Below are positions 51,356-64,000 of a DNA stretch of 64,000 nucleotides, piece after piece. Every line of letters begins with the position of its first letter. Position 1 is the stretch's first letter. The notes under the pieces are model-generated. The model had not been told where the DNA came from and ran no database searches. It saw nothing but the letters and a program-made list of their open reading frames with translations. The DNA comes from Nageia nagi (lineage: Eukaryota; Plantae; Pinophyta), in NCBI GenBank assembly GCA_050084985.1, contig JBITNC010000001.1:2914001-2978000 (forward strand), in the 5' to 3' direction. The position numbers and the translations under genes were made by a program.

Positions 51356-54300
51356 TGATAGAATTGAAGGATTCCATCAAGTAGTATCAAAGCCATTCTT
51401 GTGGTAATCTCCTCAAATTCCTACTTGGTACGTTTGAGGTAACTCTTCTCAAATTTAAGGTATATCTAACCTCTAAACTTGTTTCAATTTTTTATTTGAA
51501 ACTTCAATGGTTAGTTTATTTTAATTTCTTATTTTGAAGTTGAAATTTGATATCTATACTAACATGTTTATGTTAGTAGTATTTGAAGTTAGATCTCACA
51601 TATGGTATATGGTTAGAATCTAAGATCTTGAAAAAAATTAGTGCTCACTAATTTTTTTTACTAAGTTGCAAGCTTACAAAATTCTAATTTATGATTTTTG
51701 TAATAAAAGTTCTTTTTTAGCAAGAAAGTAAAAATATTATCTTGCTATATTAACAAATGTTACAAATTATTTTTTGTAACAAGTAAAGTTACAAAAACTT
51801 GCAATTTTTTTTATATATGAAAAATTTGATGAAATTTTTTATATATAATTTATATATATATATATAAATGATTATATATATATATTTGTTACTAAAAAAA
51901 ATCTCTTTTTTTAATATTTAAAAAAGAAAATGGGATTTTATTATTATTTAAAAAAATAGATTTTTTTGTTTTTATTGTATAATAATAATTAAAATTTTTA
52001 TTTATTTATTTATTTATTTTTTAAATACAAATTTTTTTTAAAGAAAAAAAAGAAGAAGAGTTGCTTTCTTATTTTTAGCATATTTAACATGAGCTCTTTT
52101 TATTCTTTTTTTTTTAAGAAGAATCTTTAATGAGTTAAAAAAAGAAAAGGTGGACTTTCTAATTTTTTTAATGAGTTATTTTTTTAATTTTAGCATCTTT
52201 AATATAAGCTTCTTTTATTTTTATTTTTATTTTTTTTAAAGGATCTTTAATGAGTTAAAAAATGAAAGGTGGACTTTCTAATTTTTAATGAGTTGCTTTC
52301 TTAATTTTATAATCTTTAATATGAGCTCCTTTTTATCCTTTTTAAAAAAATAAAAAGAGAATCTTTTTAACAAAAAGAAAAGGTGAACTTTCTAAATTTT
52401 AATGAGTTAAATTTAAGTTCTAAATTTTTAAAGTATGGTGCAATTTTTAAATACAATTTTTTAAGTAAAAACTTAAATTGTTGATAATTACTTACTTTTA
52501 AGTATGGATTAAATTGTAACTTATATGCATATTTTTAAATGAGAATTTACTAAATTCTAACTTTATGGCAAATTATTTTATAAAATTCTATTAATCATAT
52601 GTTTAAGACAAAAAGAGTAATTATTACTCAAATTTTTAAGTACATGGTTTAATATTTTTGTCTTAATGTATATTTATTGTTATGTACACATGTGGATGGA
52701 TAATTTTTTCAAGCATAATTATTCCTAGGTGAATAAATTGTTTTAAATGCATAAGGTTAAATACACACACTATGTGTTGTGAGTATGCATAAAGTTTAAT
52801 GTTTGAAATGCTTGGATGAGCATACTGTTTGAAGTGGAAATTTAGGTAAAAAATTCTTTCAAACTTTGATATGCATAATCCTTATTGGTTGCATTTATTT
52901 ATTTTACATAAAGATTTATTATGTACATTGAACTATGAATTGATATTTGTGTATACCTACATATTTGTTATCAATGGTTGATATGAAAGTTTTTGAACTT
53001 TCAAAATTAATTCTGTTATGTACATTGTTTGTGTAAGCTTTCTTCAAATATTTCTATCCTCATGAGTTGTGCACACATTTTTGTTAAAGTAGAGTTTGTA
53101 AATTTTCTCAACATTAGAATTGTTGTGCATTAATCTTTAATTTTTTTTGTGCATCTTAATATACTTGTTGGAAAATTGGTAAATTTGCTCCATAAGATTT
53201 ATTGAGGATATTGATAATGTAATATTAATCTTGCTTTGAAAAGAAGTTTACAATACCTTTTTGAAGATGTACATTCCTCTCTACATTTGTAAAGCTTTTT
53301 AACATGTACAATTATTGATGAAGTTACTCTTAAAGGAGTATAAAATTTAAGTATTTTTTTAATTAAGTAATAAATTTATTTTCAAAAAGGTTTGAAATAA
53401 TGCTTACTTCATTTTTAGGAGGGTTTGACTATAAGTATTAGCTTAGCATCTTCATCATGAATTATAGTGTATTATTTATCATATTTTTTTACTTCCATAT
53501 TGATAAATTGATTACTATATTTTTACTTCTATGTCAGAAAGTTATATCCATGACGATGGATTGATTACCACTTTGCTATTTGTTAGCATCTTGTAGTGTA
53601 TGGAGTCGTTAAAAAAGTTCATCTATATTCTATATTACAAACTTTGATGGAAAATTGCATCCTTGTTGGATGAATGCTATCTTTTTCTATCATATACATC
53701 TTAATTAGTAGCATGGTTAAGATGGCATATTGACTCACTCTTGGTAAAGTCAAATTTATTTATTATGGTATTTTGACTCATTTTTGGTAAAGTCAAATTT
53801 ATTTTGTATGTGGCTTATGCTTTATTTTGTAAATCTTGATGTTGTGTTTAGTCAAATTATCATTTATGGCCTATAAATCTTAATTTAGTCAAGTGGTTAT
53901 GCTTTTGAAAATCTTGACTTAATGTAAATCAAGATGGCATTTGATTATATGTGATATGGTTAAGATAACATGGTCACATAAGTATTTGTTTGGTAAAGTT
54001 ATCATTAAGGGGAAGAATTAAATTATAAAATATTATGATGCCATGACACCTTCATATACCCTCTTATATGAGTGTATATGATGTATTTAATTGATTTTAT
54101 TTATAAGCTCCTTGTAGCTTGTAAGTTCATGAGATTACAAGTTACTTTGGATATGCAGGTTCATGGAGGCTCATCATATCAACATATTGTTGAATGATTA
54201 CTCTTGTACAAAGAAACCATTTTTTGGTTAATGATTGTATTGTAAAACCATTTGTTAAAATGGTTTAAGTAGTTGAGCCATTGTAGAACCATATATATTC

Positions 54301-54903
54301 TATTATTTTCTTAAATATGTAAAAAGTTCTCAACTCCACTTGTATCTATATAGAGAAGAACTCTTTTTTACTCTTTTTCTTTGTCTTTTAAACTCTCTAT
54401 CCAATATTGCATTAAGAGAGAATGTTAAAAATTACAATGTAGTGTTGTATAATATTTCTCTTTAATATAAATTCATTTAATGCTTAAAGTATATTTAGAT
54501 ACGTTAAAGTATTAAAAGAATAATATAGAAAAAATAATAAATATAGAAACACCTTTAACCTTACCTTTGGATAAAAAAAAGTTAAAAAGTGGGTTTCTTC
54601 TTATAAATAGAGAGGTACCCCACTTATTATGGAACTTGATGAAGCATGGTAATGCTTATCTTATAGAGATGCTCTTGTAAGAGCTTTGTAGAAGAATTTT
54701 TAAGAATTTATAAGAGAGTTATCTTATGAGAAGTAATAGAATGATGATTCAATGTGGATGTACTCCTAAGATATGGAGAAATCACTATACATGATGTGTT
54801 ATTTTTTATATGATTTATTATTACTTAGCTAGAAAGATGAATGCTAGATTTATTGAAGAAGCTTCAAGGTGATCTTGGTTTATGGAATCCTTCAATTCCA
54901 TCA
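51356..54903 (+). mobile_element. Non-autonomous LTR element with an intact 3' LTR and a 24-bp hairpin in place of the 5' LTR
   Basis: TSD TTCTT at 51351-51355 and 54904-54908. Decayed PBS at 51382-51394, PPT before 54423, LTR 54423-54903. Non-coding AT-rich interior. Confidence 0.88.
52038..52410. repeat. Tandem array, ~3 x ~120 bp
   Basis: Unit GAGTTGCTTTCTTA...ATGAGCTC...AATCTTTAATGAGTTAAAA...AAAGGTGGACTTTCTAA recurs three times. Confidence 0.8.
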
Positions 54904-56831
54904 TTCTTAAGAAAGATTGAAAGAACTTCATAGTGAAGCCATCTGATCCTAGGATTTTGTTAAAAGTCATTAAAAAGATAATTCTCTCTATCTTTCGAAA
55001 GGAGAAAGTAGAAATATTGGGTCAACCTTCTATTGTCTTCCTCAATAAGCAATCTTGGAATATGTTTAAGAATGTACTCTGTACTCACCTCATTAGGGGT
55101 AGTTTCTAGAGATAAAAACTGTTGGTAGAATATTATACCTATCTCTTTGATTTCCTATCGTTCATTAACAATCTATCCTTACTCATTTTCAATGTTCAAG
55201 ATTTTATTGATTAGCTAGTGTTTGAAGGTTGTAAGCTTGAATAACTAAGTATTTTGGTCACCTTCTTGTAACCAAGTTACTCTAGAATTTTGGCTCCTCA
55301 TTCATTCTTCCCTTGTTAAAGTATTATGAATTACACATAAAGTTTCTCTTTCTTCATCCATTAGCTCCGTAGTGCTTCCTTTATCCTCTATTCTATTCTC
55401 AACTTTGATGATTTCTTCTTTCAACCTTTTTTTTCCTCCTAAATATATCCAAAAGTGTTTTTGTTCCATTCTCAAATATGAAGTTTGACATTTTAGAGCT
55501 TTTTTTGTAAGTGTAAATATTTTTCATTACATGAATAATCACTTTCCACCATTCCTTGATTTTACCCTCAAGCTCCGAATGATCAAGCCACATGTTTTCA
55601 AATCAAAAGGGGAATTTCCTCCATAGTTCATCATTTATTTTTAAGAGTAATGGGTTACGATATGAACTTGCTTTTGAAAAGGCACTAAGGTGAAAGTTGG
55701 GGAGGATGTGAATCTATTAAGGGGAGACCAACATTCTATCCAACTTACTCATAATAAGCCCATCACCCTTTCTTTTATTTGTCCATGTGAATTTGCAACC
55801 ATGAAGATCCATATCAATCAAGCCTTCATTTCCCATAAAGGCTTACAACTCCCTCATCCCTACGAGTTGGGAGGCTTCCCAAGATCCACATAACTTTTTC
55901 TCCATTTTTAAGGTTACATTAAAGTCTCCATCTATGAGCCATTGCTCCTTCTTTCTATCTCTTATTATTTAGATAAGTTGGTTCCATAGATTATGCCTTC
56001 CAAGTATGGTATTAGGAGCATAGATATTTATAATATGTAGTTTGGATCCTAAGTTTTTATTAGAAATGATTATGTAAACCAAAAAACTAGAAGAAATAAT
56101 TGACTCACCTTCATATTTATTCTAGTTCCATAGCAACATGAGTCCTCCCAATTTTCCTACCGTAGGGAAAGACACTATTCTAGTTGCTTGCCATATTCTA
56201 TTATTCATGATAGTTTCCTTTTCTTATATGACCTTCATTTCCTGTAGGAGAATAACATTTTTCTTTCATGACCTACAATGATCCTACAAAAGCCTATTAT
56301 CTGAGGGGAATTCAACCCCCTCGCATTCCATGAGATGATAATCATCTTGTCCCCTTTTTTAGGGTTTCTCCACCTTTGAGAATAATGATTTTTTGTCATC
56401 CATCAATAACCTCTTTAGCAATCTCTCTTTCTCTTATTTTAGTGTGATAAGGTTGTACAACATGTTTACTACCTATATCTACCAATGTGGTAGTGCTTCT
56501 TTATTTCTATGTGTGGAGTTTAGTTTGTATTATGTTTTTAGGATTCTTATTGCATCCAAGTGCAATGATTATTCTTTGTTAAATGTTTTATTTTTCCTTT
56601 AATTTTGTGTTTGCCATCTACCACTACTATCCTCGTAATCAACAAGTTTTATGTTTTGAGTTTCTACTAGAGCAAGTTGTTCCTCTCCTGTCAAGGAGAT
56701 GATTAAAGGGTTGTCATTACTTGCTATTTCCACTACCTTTGTAGGATGCTCTATGTTAAGAGGAGGTATTTCTCCCTCTTTATGTGAATTCAACTGTAAG
56801 ATACCAACAAAATTGACTCTAATCATATAAA

Positions 56832-59800
56832 TGTATTATAATGGAAGAAACTTGCAATGCTTCTCTTCCCATTCCTGAATTCATAATATTTCTCAAGAGA
56901 ATACAATCCTTTATATAGTAACCTACTAAAAATAGAAATGAGTCAGATTGCATCCCAAAATTGGCATGCACATCCCCCTTATAGTAATTAGCCTTAATTT
57001 AAAATATTCATACTTAACTAAATGTAAAATAAAAGATATTAAAGTTCTAACATGCAAAAATGCCTAAAACTCTGAAGAACATAAAGTAACGCTAACTTTG
57101 GGATGATAGATGGTGGAGTTAGGTCTCAAAAATATGATTTTTAGAGGGTTTAGCATAATGGAGTTAAACCATATGTAGAATAGGCAAACATATCCATGTT
57201 TTAAATTTCAAGGTAAACAAACATCACGATCAAAAGTTATGGCTCTGGTAAGGTGCATCATTCTCCTCTAGTGAAAAAGAACTTAGCTCCTATGAGTTCA
57301 ATTGACTTGAATTCTTGAAGCTTTTAGTTATCAATTTTTTGTAGCTATGACACTAAAACCTAAGTATTATCTTATTATGGTAATCCTTACCAATAAATTA
57401 GGTATCTATTGTAGCTCCCATGTCTAGTGGTGATGACCTTCTTATCAAGTACTTGTGCAATGCTGTCCTTTTTCTTCTTAAGCATCTGTTGTGCCCAATT
57501 TACTGTCTCCTGTAATTCACCATCCTTACTAGTACCAAGATACTAAAATAAATAAGAAACATTAAAAATAGGGAAATTATCAAAATAATTGGGTAACTCC
57601 ACTCTATAAACATTATCATTGATCTTGTTCAAAATCTTATAGGGCCCAATTTTCTTAAGTTTTAGTTTATTATACATCCTTTTAAGAAACCTTTCTTTTT
57701 GAAGATGAACCATGACCATATCACCCTATTCAAACACTTTCACCCTTCTATGTGCATCAACAACTACTTTGTAGTGAGTATTACTACTATGTAATTTATC
57801 TTTCATTGATTCTTGCACTTCTTGAATATGCTAAACAAATGCTTCTACATCATCATTAACTTGTTCTCCATTGGTAACTCAACCAGATCTAATACACCTC
57901 TAGGATTTTTAATATAAACAATTTGAAAAGGAGATTTACCTATTGACCTATTCATTGATCTACTATATGTAAATTCAACTTATGACAAAGCTAAATCCCA
58001 TTATTTGGGCTTTTCCCCAACTATGCATCGTACAAGGTTTCCAGAGATTCTATTAACTACCTTTGTTTTCCCATCGGTCTATGGGTGGTAAGCACTACTA
58101 AACTGTAGCCTAATATTTAACTTTTTCTACAATGTCCTCTAAAAGTGATCCAAGAACTTAGTATCTTGATCAAAAGTAATAGTTTTTGGGATACCATGCA
58201 ACTGTAGAAACTCATCAAAGAAAAATACTACAATCGTAGTGGCATCATTAGTTTTCTGAAAAATAATAGAATGTGACATTTTTGAAAATCTATCTACCAT
58301 AATAAAAATTGAATCCTTACCTTATTGTGTATTGGGACACCCCAACACAAAATCCATACTTAGATCGATCCATGATCTTTTAGGAATCAATAGTGGCATA
58401 TACAACCCTATATTTTGTGTATGGGCTTTAGCCGTTTGGCCTTCTCTACATCTAGAGATAAACTTGATTTTATCTCTTTTCATCTTTGGCCAATAATACT
58501 TCTCATCTATAAGAGTCTTAGTTTTAGATACTCCAAAATTACCAGCTAAACCCCCTCTATGTAATTCCCTCAAGATGTTCTCTCTCATAGATCCATTGAA
58601 AATACATAATCGATTACCCTTAAATAAGTAACCATTCTAAAAAATATATTCTTCAAAAATTGGATGGGACTCACCTTCTACTGCACTTGTACATTATTTC
58701 ACAATATTCTAGAAATCAACATTAGATTCACACATATTTTTAATCCCCTCAAATCCTACCATTACATTCTCCATAGTGGTCAATAATAAGACTCGCCTAC
58801 TCAATGCAACAATAACCTTATTTTGTTTACCAGATTTTTGTTGCAAGACAAATATATATTATTGCAAAAATGAAACCCATTTGGCATGCCTACTATTTGA
58901 CTTTTTCTAAGAGTTAACATACCTCAATGCTTCATGATTAGTAAGTAACACAAACTTCTTGGAGATTAAGTAGTGCCTCCAATATTGCAATTCTTTCACA
59001 ATTGCATAGAACTCCAAATCATATGTAGAATAACTCTTCCTTGCATCATTTAGCTTCTCATTGAAGAATGCTATTGGTTTACCCTCCAAACTTAACACAC
59101 CCCTAATTCTAACAAATGAGTCATTAAAATCAACCTCAAATACCTTATTAAAATCTAGTAACACTAGAACAAGGTCTTCTGACACCTTCTTCAAGATTTC
59201 AAGACTCTCATTTGTTGCTTGAGTCCATAAAAAATTCTTCCTATTTATGCACTCAGTTATAGGGGTAGCTATACTGCTAAATTTCCTTATGAACATTTTA
59301 TAAAAGGTAGCTATGCCATGAAAGCTCCTTGTTTCTATTATAGTTCTTGGAATGGGCCACTCCAGAATCACCTTCACTTTCTCATCATCCATCCTCATGC
59401 CATCTTTTGAGATTATAAATCCCAAGAACACTAAACTATCCTTAAGAAATCTACATTTCTTTAAGTTTACATATAGTTTGTATGTATAACACCAATTTTA
59501 GGTGTAACAAATGCTCTTTTAAAAATTTAATATAAATCAAAATATCATCAAAATATACAACCGCTAACTTACCATTGTATTTCTGCAAAACTCTGTTCAT
59601 CAACCACATAAATGTACTAGGTGCATTAGATAACCTAAATGGCATCAAAATCCACTCATACAACCCATATTATCTTAAAATTTGTCTTCCATATGTCTTC
59701 TTCTCGAATTCTAATTTGGTAGTAGCCACTCCATAGATCAATCTTACTGAAGTATTTAGCTCTAGCCAATCCGTCCATCATGTCATCCATTCATGGCATA

Positions 59801-60084
59801 AGATATTAATACTTTATTATGATGTTGTTTATGGCCCTAGTATCCACACACATATACCATAAACCATCTTTGTTTGGGTTTATAAATGCTAAATTCTCAC
59901 ATGGAATCATGTTCTCCCTAACTAATCCCTTATTTATCAACTTTGTCACTTGCCTACTCAACTCTACATTCTATGTTGGGTTCAATCGATAAGCTACGTG
60001 ATTTGGGAATACTGATACTTGAATCAAATCCATAAGATATTGGATATCCCTCTTTTGTGGCAACCCATCTAGTAACTCCTCTAG
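56832..60084 (-). mobile_element. 5'-truncated degenerate Ty3/gypsy element (RT, RNase H, integrase, PPT, 3' LTR)
   Basis: [51 protein letters not shown], integrase WIDLSMDFVLG. PPT AGAGGAGAA, then an LTR from 57260 to ~56832. Confidence 0.92.
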
Positions 60085-60329
60085 TGTGACATGGGTAAGT
60101 GTAAGAAGATGAGTCCCACTTTTGGCTAAAAAGTGGAAGTATTTTCCCTAATTTTTAGGTTTTCTCATACTTGATTTCAAAATGTGAAGCAATTAGATTT
60201 TGATTCTTGAAAAAGGTCACTTTTATAAAAATGTAGTTCTTGAAGTCTATTTTTTAAATATGTAATTTATTATAATACCCAGATGATAGAAATTAATATT
60301 TGCTAGGCATGTTTAAAAATCATTATTTA

Positions 60330-60972
60330 AATAATATAGTTTCATGACCTTACCCCCATTATGTTCAGCAAATATAATTGGACCTAAATTAAAATATATT
60401 TTAAAATTATTTTGGGAAAAGATACCTAAGACACTAAAGATTGTGGAGGATTTTTTTATGATTTTTAATGAATATTTTATTTTTTATTAATTTTTTATTG
60501 ACCATGATTACCGTTTTGAACATTGCTTGTGTTTGATAAGCATAATTTGACCTAGACTTATCATTTTTAATTTATTTATTTTTATGTTATGAATAATTGT
60601 ATGTAGATTGTGTATATATATTATTTTTTGCATAATTTCAAAAAAATATAAAGTTATTAAACAAATACAAAACCCACTATTTAAAAAATACAATTTCAAG
60701 ACTATACCCATCATGTCCATCAAGTATAATTGGACCTAAATTAGAATATTTTTTTTAAATCCTTTTGGTTAAAGATACCTAAGACATTAAATATTGTGGA
60801 GGATATTTTTTGTATTTTTTTCATGAATATTTTTATTTTTTATTGGCCATGATTATCATTTTGAAAAATGCTCGTGTTCAATAAGCATACTTTGAATAAA
60901 ACTTATCACTTTTAATTTATTTTTTATTTAACTTATGAATAATTGTATGCAGATTATGCACATATATATTTT
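60330..60972. repeat. Tandem duplication, period ~352 bp (second copy truncated), inside an unclassified insertion at 60085-60972
   Basis: TATAATTGGACCTAAATT...AAAGATACCTAAGACA at 60373 and 60725. Confidence 0.85.
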
Positions 60973-60974
60973 TT

Positions 60975-61645
60975 TCTCTTCCCATTCTAGAATTCATAAT
61001 ATTTCTCAAAGAGAATACAATCTTTCATATAATAATCTGCCAAAAATAGAAACATGCTAAAATTAGAAAGGAGTCAGATTGCACCCCAAAATTGGCATGT
61101 GCATCCCCTTACAATAATTAGCCTTAATTTAAAATATTTAGACTTAACTAAATATAAAACAAAAGATATTAAAGTTTTAACATGTAAAAAAGCCTTAAAA
61201 TTTGGATAACATAAAGTAAACGCTAACTTTGGGATGCTAGATGGAGGAGTTAGGTCCCAAAAATATGATTTTTAGAGGATCTAACGTAATGAAGTTGAGC
61301 CAAATGTAGAACAAATACATGGAGCCACTTTTTAAATTTCAAGAAAAATGAACATCATGGTCAAAAGTTATGGCTCTGGCAAGATGCATTATTCTCCTCT
61401 GTTGAAAAAGAACTTAGCTCCTACAAGTTTAGTTGACTTGAATTCCTGATGCTTTTGGTTATCAATTTTTTGTAGCTTTGAATTTGAAACCCAAGTATTA
61501 TCTAACTATAGTAATTCTTCCCACTGAATTAGGTATTTGTTCTAGCTCCCATGTCTGGTGGTGATGACCTTCTTATCAAGTACTTGTGCAACACTATCTT
61601 TTTTCTTTTTAGGCATTTTTTGTGCTCAATTTATTGTCTCTTGTA
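60975..61645 (-). mobile_element. Second 3' end (pol tail, PPT, partial LTR) of the same gypsy family
   Basis: Colinear with 56863-57513, including the sequence beyond the PPT. Confidence 0.85.
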
Positions 61646-62175
61646 TGTTAAAAATTATAATGTAAAATTTCTCTTTAATATAAATTCACTTAATATTTAA
61701 AGTATCTTTAGATACCTTAAAGCATTAAGAGAATAAATATAGAAAAATCTTTAACCTTACCCTTGATTAAAGAGAGGTTAAAGGGTGAGTCTCTTCTTAT
61801 AAATAGAGAGGTATCCATCTCATTATGTAACTTGATCAAGCATGATAATGCTTATACTGTAGACTTGTAGGAATGGTTGTGTAAGAGCTTTGTTGAGTAT
61901 TTGTATAAGATTTGTTTTTTGAGAAGTTATATAATGATGGTTCAAAGTGGATGTACTTCTAAGAGATGGAGGAATCGCTATACATGATATCTTATTTTTG
62001 TATGATTATTTTTTATTTTGCTAGACGAATGAATGGTAGATTTGTTGGAAAAACTTAAAAGTAATCTTGGTTATATGGAATCCTTCAATTCCATCAAGTG
62101 GTATTAGAGCCATTCTTGGAGTCTTCACTTCAATGTCCTCGAAGGTTATTCTTATTTTTTCTTCATCCAAATTAT
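61646..62175 (+). mobile_element. 5' LTR and PBS of the family seen at 51356-54903
   Basis: LTR 61646-62096 matches 54423-54903; followed by AGTGGTATTAGAGCCATTCTTG. Confidence 0.88.
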
Positions 62176-64000
62176 TGATGAAAGAATTGCACTATAAGTA
62201 AAATAATCCTAATTGCCCAAGATTATATGAAAGTTATCTTAATCAACAAGACAACTAAGGTATAAACATTCTCACAAAATAATTCAAGATGTAAGTGGTT
62301 CCTCTAAGTAGGAGTACATCCACTAACTAGATCTCACTTCATTCACAAATATAAATCTTTTACAATTCTTCTAATCTCATCTCCTAAACACTATCCTATA
62401 ACATTACTCTAAAATTGATATGTGATAATAAAAAGAGAGCCTTCTATTTATAGGTCAAAATCCTTTTTTGGATTATCCTTTTACCCAATGTACAAAGGCA
62501 TGACATGCAACTCCCTTTTACCTAAAGGGCATGCTTATGAAATGGAGTGTAAGATAAATTGCATTATCATATTCACTTAAATACTTAAGGTATCGAATGA
62601 TACCCTTAAGTATTAATGAATTTACAAAGAGAATTATTACAAAACTTTTACAATAATGCATTATACATTTCAACACTCTCCCTTAATGCAATATTGGGAT
62701 AGAGCAAATAGGAGAGAAGAAAGAGCGTTCTCCTCCAAATAGATACAATCAAAGATAAAAACTTTTTACATATGTGAAGTAAGTAAGATCTAGTTTAAGA
62801 TTCACTAATTTACCATTTTAGTAAATAGTTTACAATACAATCATTAACCATAACTGATTTCAATGTACATAAAAGTAGTCATCAAACTGGAAGTCATAGT
62901 GAATCTCTAAGAGCTTGCATACTTGAAGTAAGTAATCTGTAAGTCATATGCAGCTCAAATAATAAGATTAGTTAGATGCAACATATTCATATCAACAAAG
63001 ATAGATGAATCAAACAAATACCATCGTTACGTGATTAATGGTGTATTATAAGTCATCATGAAGATGCCAAACTAAAATTAATAATCACCTACTGTATATA
63101 AAACATGTATTGATTACAATTACAAAATCGAGCAAAATAAAATGCACATATGAGTTCCTCACATATGGATAATTGAATAGTGCCAAAAGACACATATGAG
63201 TTCTTCATATGAGTTCTTCACACATGGACAACTGAACAGTGCTAGATTGGCCAATCTTTTGCTCTAAAAAATTTATACAAGAAGTTTTTCATGCAAAATG
63301 AACTTACCATGAAGGTGTACAACAAAATCAACACTATACAACATAAAATCCTCCTAAGGGTGAAGTTATCATTACAAATATGAATTCCACACAAGAATTA
63401 AAACTTTGCTCCCCTTTGAGGGAAACTTCACCAACCTGATAACATCCCTAAGATTACAAAATTGAGCTTTAGGAAGGGGTTTGGTGAATAAATTAATGGA
63501 TTTCAAGGTGGATGGATAATACTCTAGGTGTATGATACCATCAAGAACCTTCTTTTTAATAAAATAAGCCTATATTTTCACATGCTTTATTCTCTAATGG
63601 AACACATAATTTTTAGCTAAAGAAATAGCCAATTCATTATCTGAAGAAATCAAAGATGAGCCAGCTTGCTCATACCTAATTTTTTTCAAAAGATGCCTTA
63701 TCCAAATAGCTTCCTAGGTTGCAATAGACATGGCATGGTATTTAGCTTCTATGGTGAAAAGATAAATAGTAGGTTAGTTCTTGGTGGCCCAAGAGATAGC
63801 ACCTAAATGAATGCTAAAAACATATGCAGAGGTTGATTTTTTATCATCTTTATCTCCCCCATAGTTAGAATCTGAGAACCCTAAGAGAATAAATGAGGGT
63901 AACTTAGAATAATTGAGAGCAAGATCCTTTGTCTTTGCAACATACCTCAATATTTGCTTAATAGCATTGAGATGCTCAATATAAGGTTTTTGCATGAATT
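62176..64000 (-). mobile_element. 3' part of a Ty1/copia element (end of RT, RNase H, 3' UTR, PPT, 3' LTR)
   Basis: MQKPYIEHLNAIKQILRY, GFSDSNYGGDKDDKKSTSAYVF, AISWATK. Reverse PPT at 62676-62688; LTR ~62176-62675. Confidence 0.9.

Larger units (their letters stand above)
47375..56826 (-). mobile_element. Degenerate L1 LINE (end of ORF1; ORF2 with endonuclease, RT, zf-RVT and RNase H), interrupted at 51356-54903
   Basis: ORF2 start MIIISWNARGLN at 56345; FENMWL. KILGSDGF...PICLCNIVYKIMTKALANRLKP is continuous across the insertion. GDPISP at ~50900, LFVYDTIL at ~50760, YLGMP, LVNWEKIFKPIKDGGL, EESIDHL. AATAAA at 47411-47406 and an A-rich tail at 47375-47394. Confidence 0.92.

Overview
AT-rich, CpG-depleted eukaryotic DNA typical of a large seed-plant genome (gymnosperm-like; this is inference). 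It holds one intact host gene on the minus strand, a PRA1 family A protein (prenylated Rab acceptor). The gene has seven coding exons between 16700 and 28045, and I assembled them by hand into a 210-aa product with all splice phases consistent. The ORF track misses the gene because the exons are short. The rest of the window is nested, mostly decayed transposons: several Ty1/copia elements, Ty3/gypsy 3' fragments, L1 LINEs, a non-L1 LINE endonuclease remnant, a hAT transposase pseudogene, two hAT MITEs, solo LTRs, non-autonomous LTR elements and an old ~6-7 kb segmental duplication. The most unusual structure is a non-autonomous LTR element at 51356-54903. It has a perfect 5-bp TSD, but its 5' LTR is replaced by a 24-bp hairpin built from an inverted copy of the LTR's own right (U5) end. 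All coordinates and alignments were read by eye; no searches were run.
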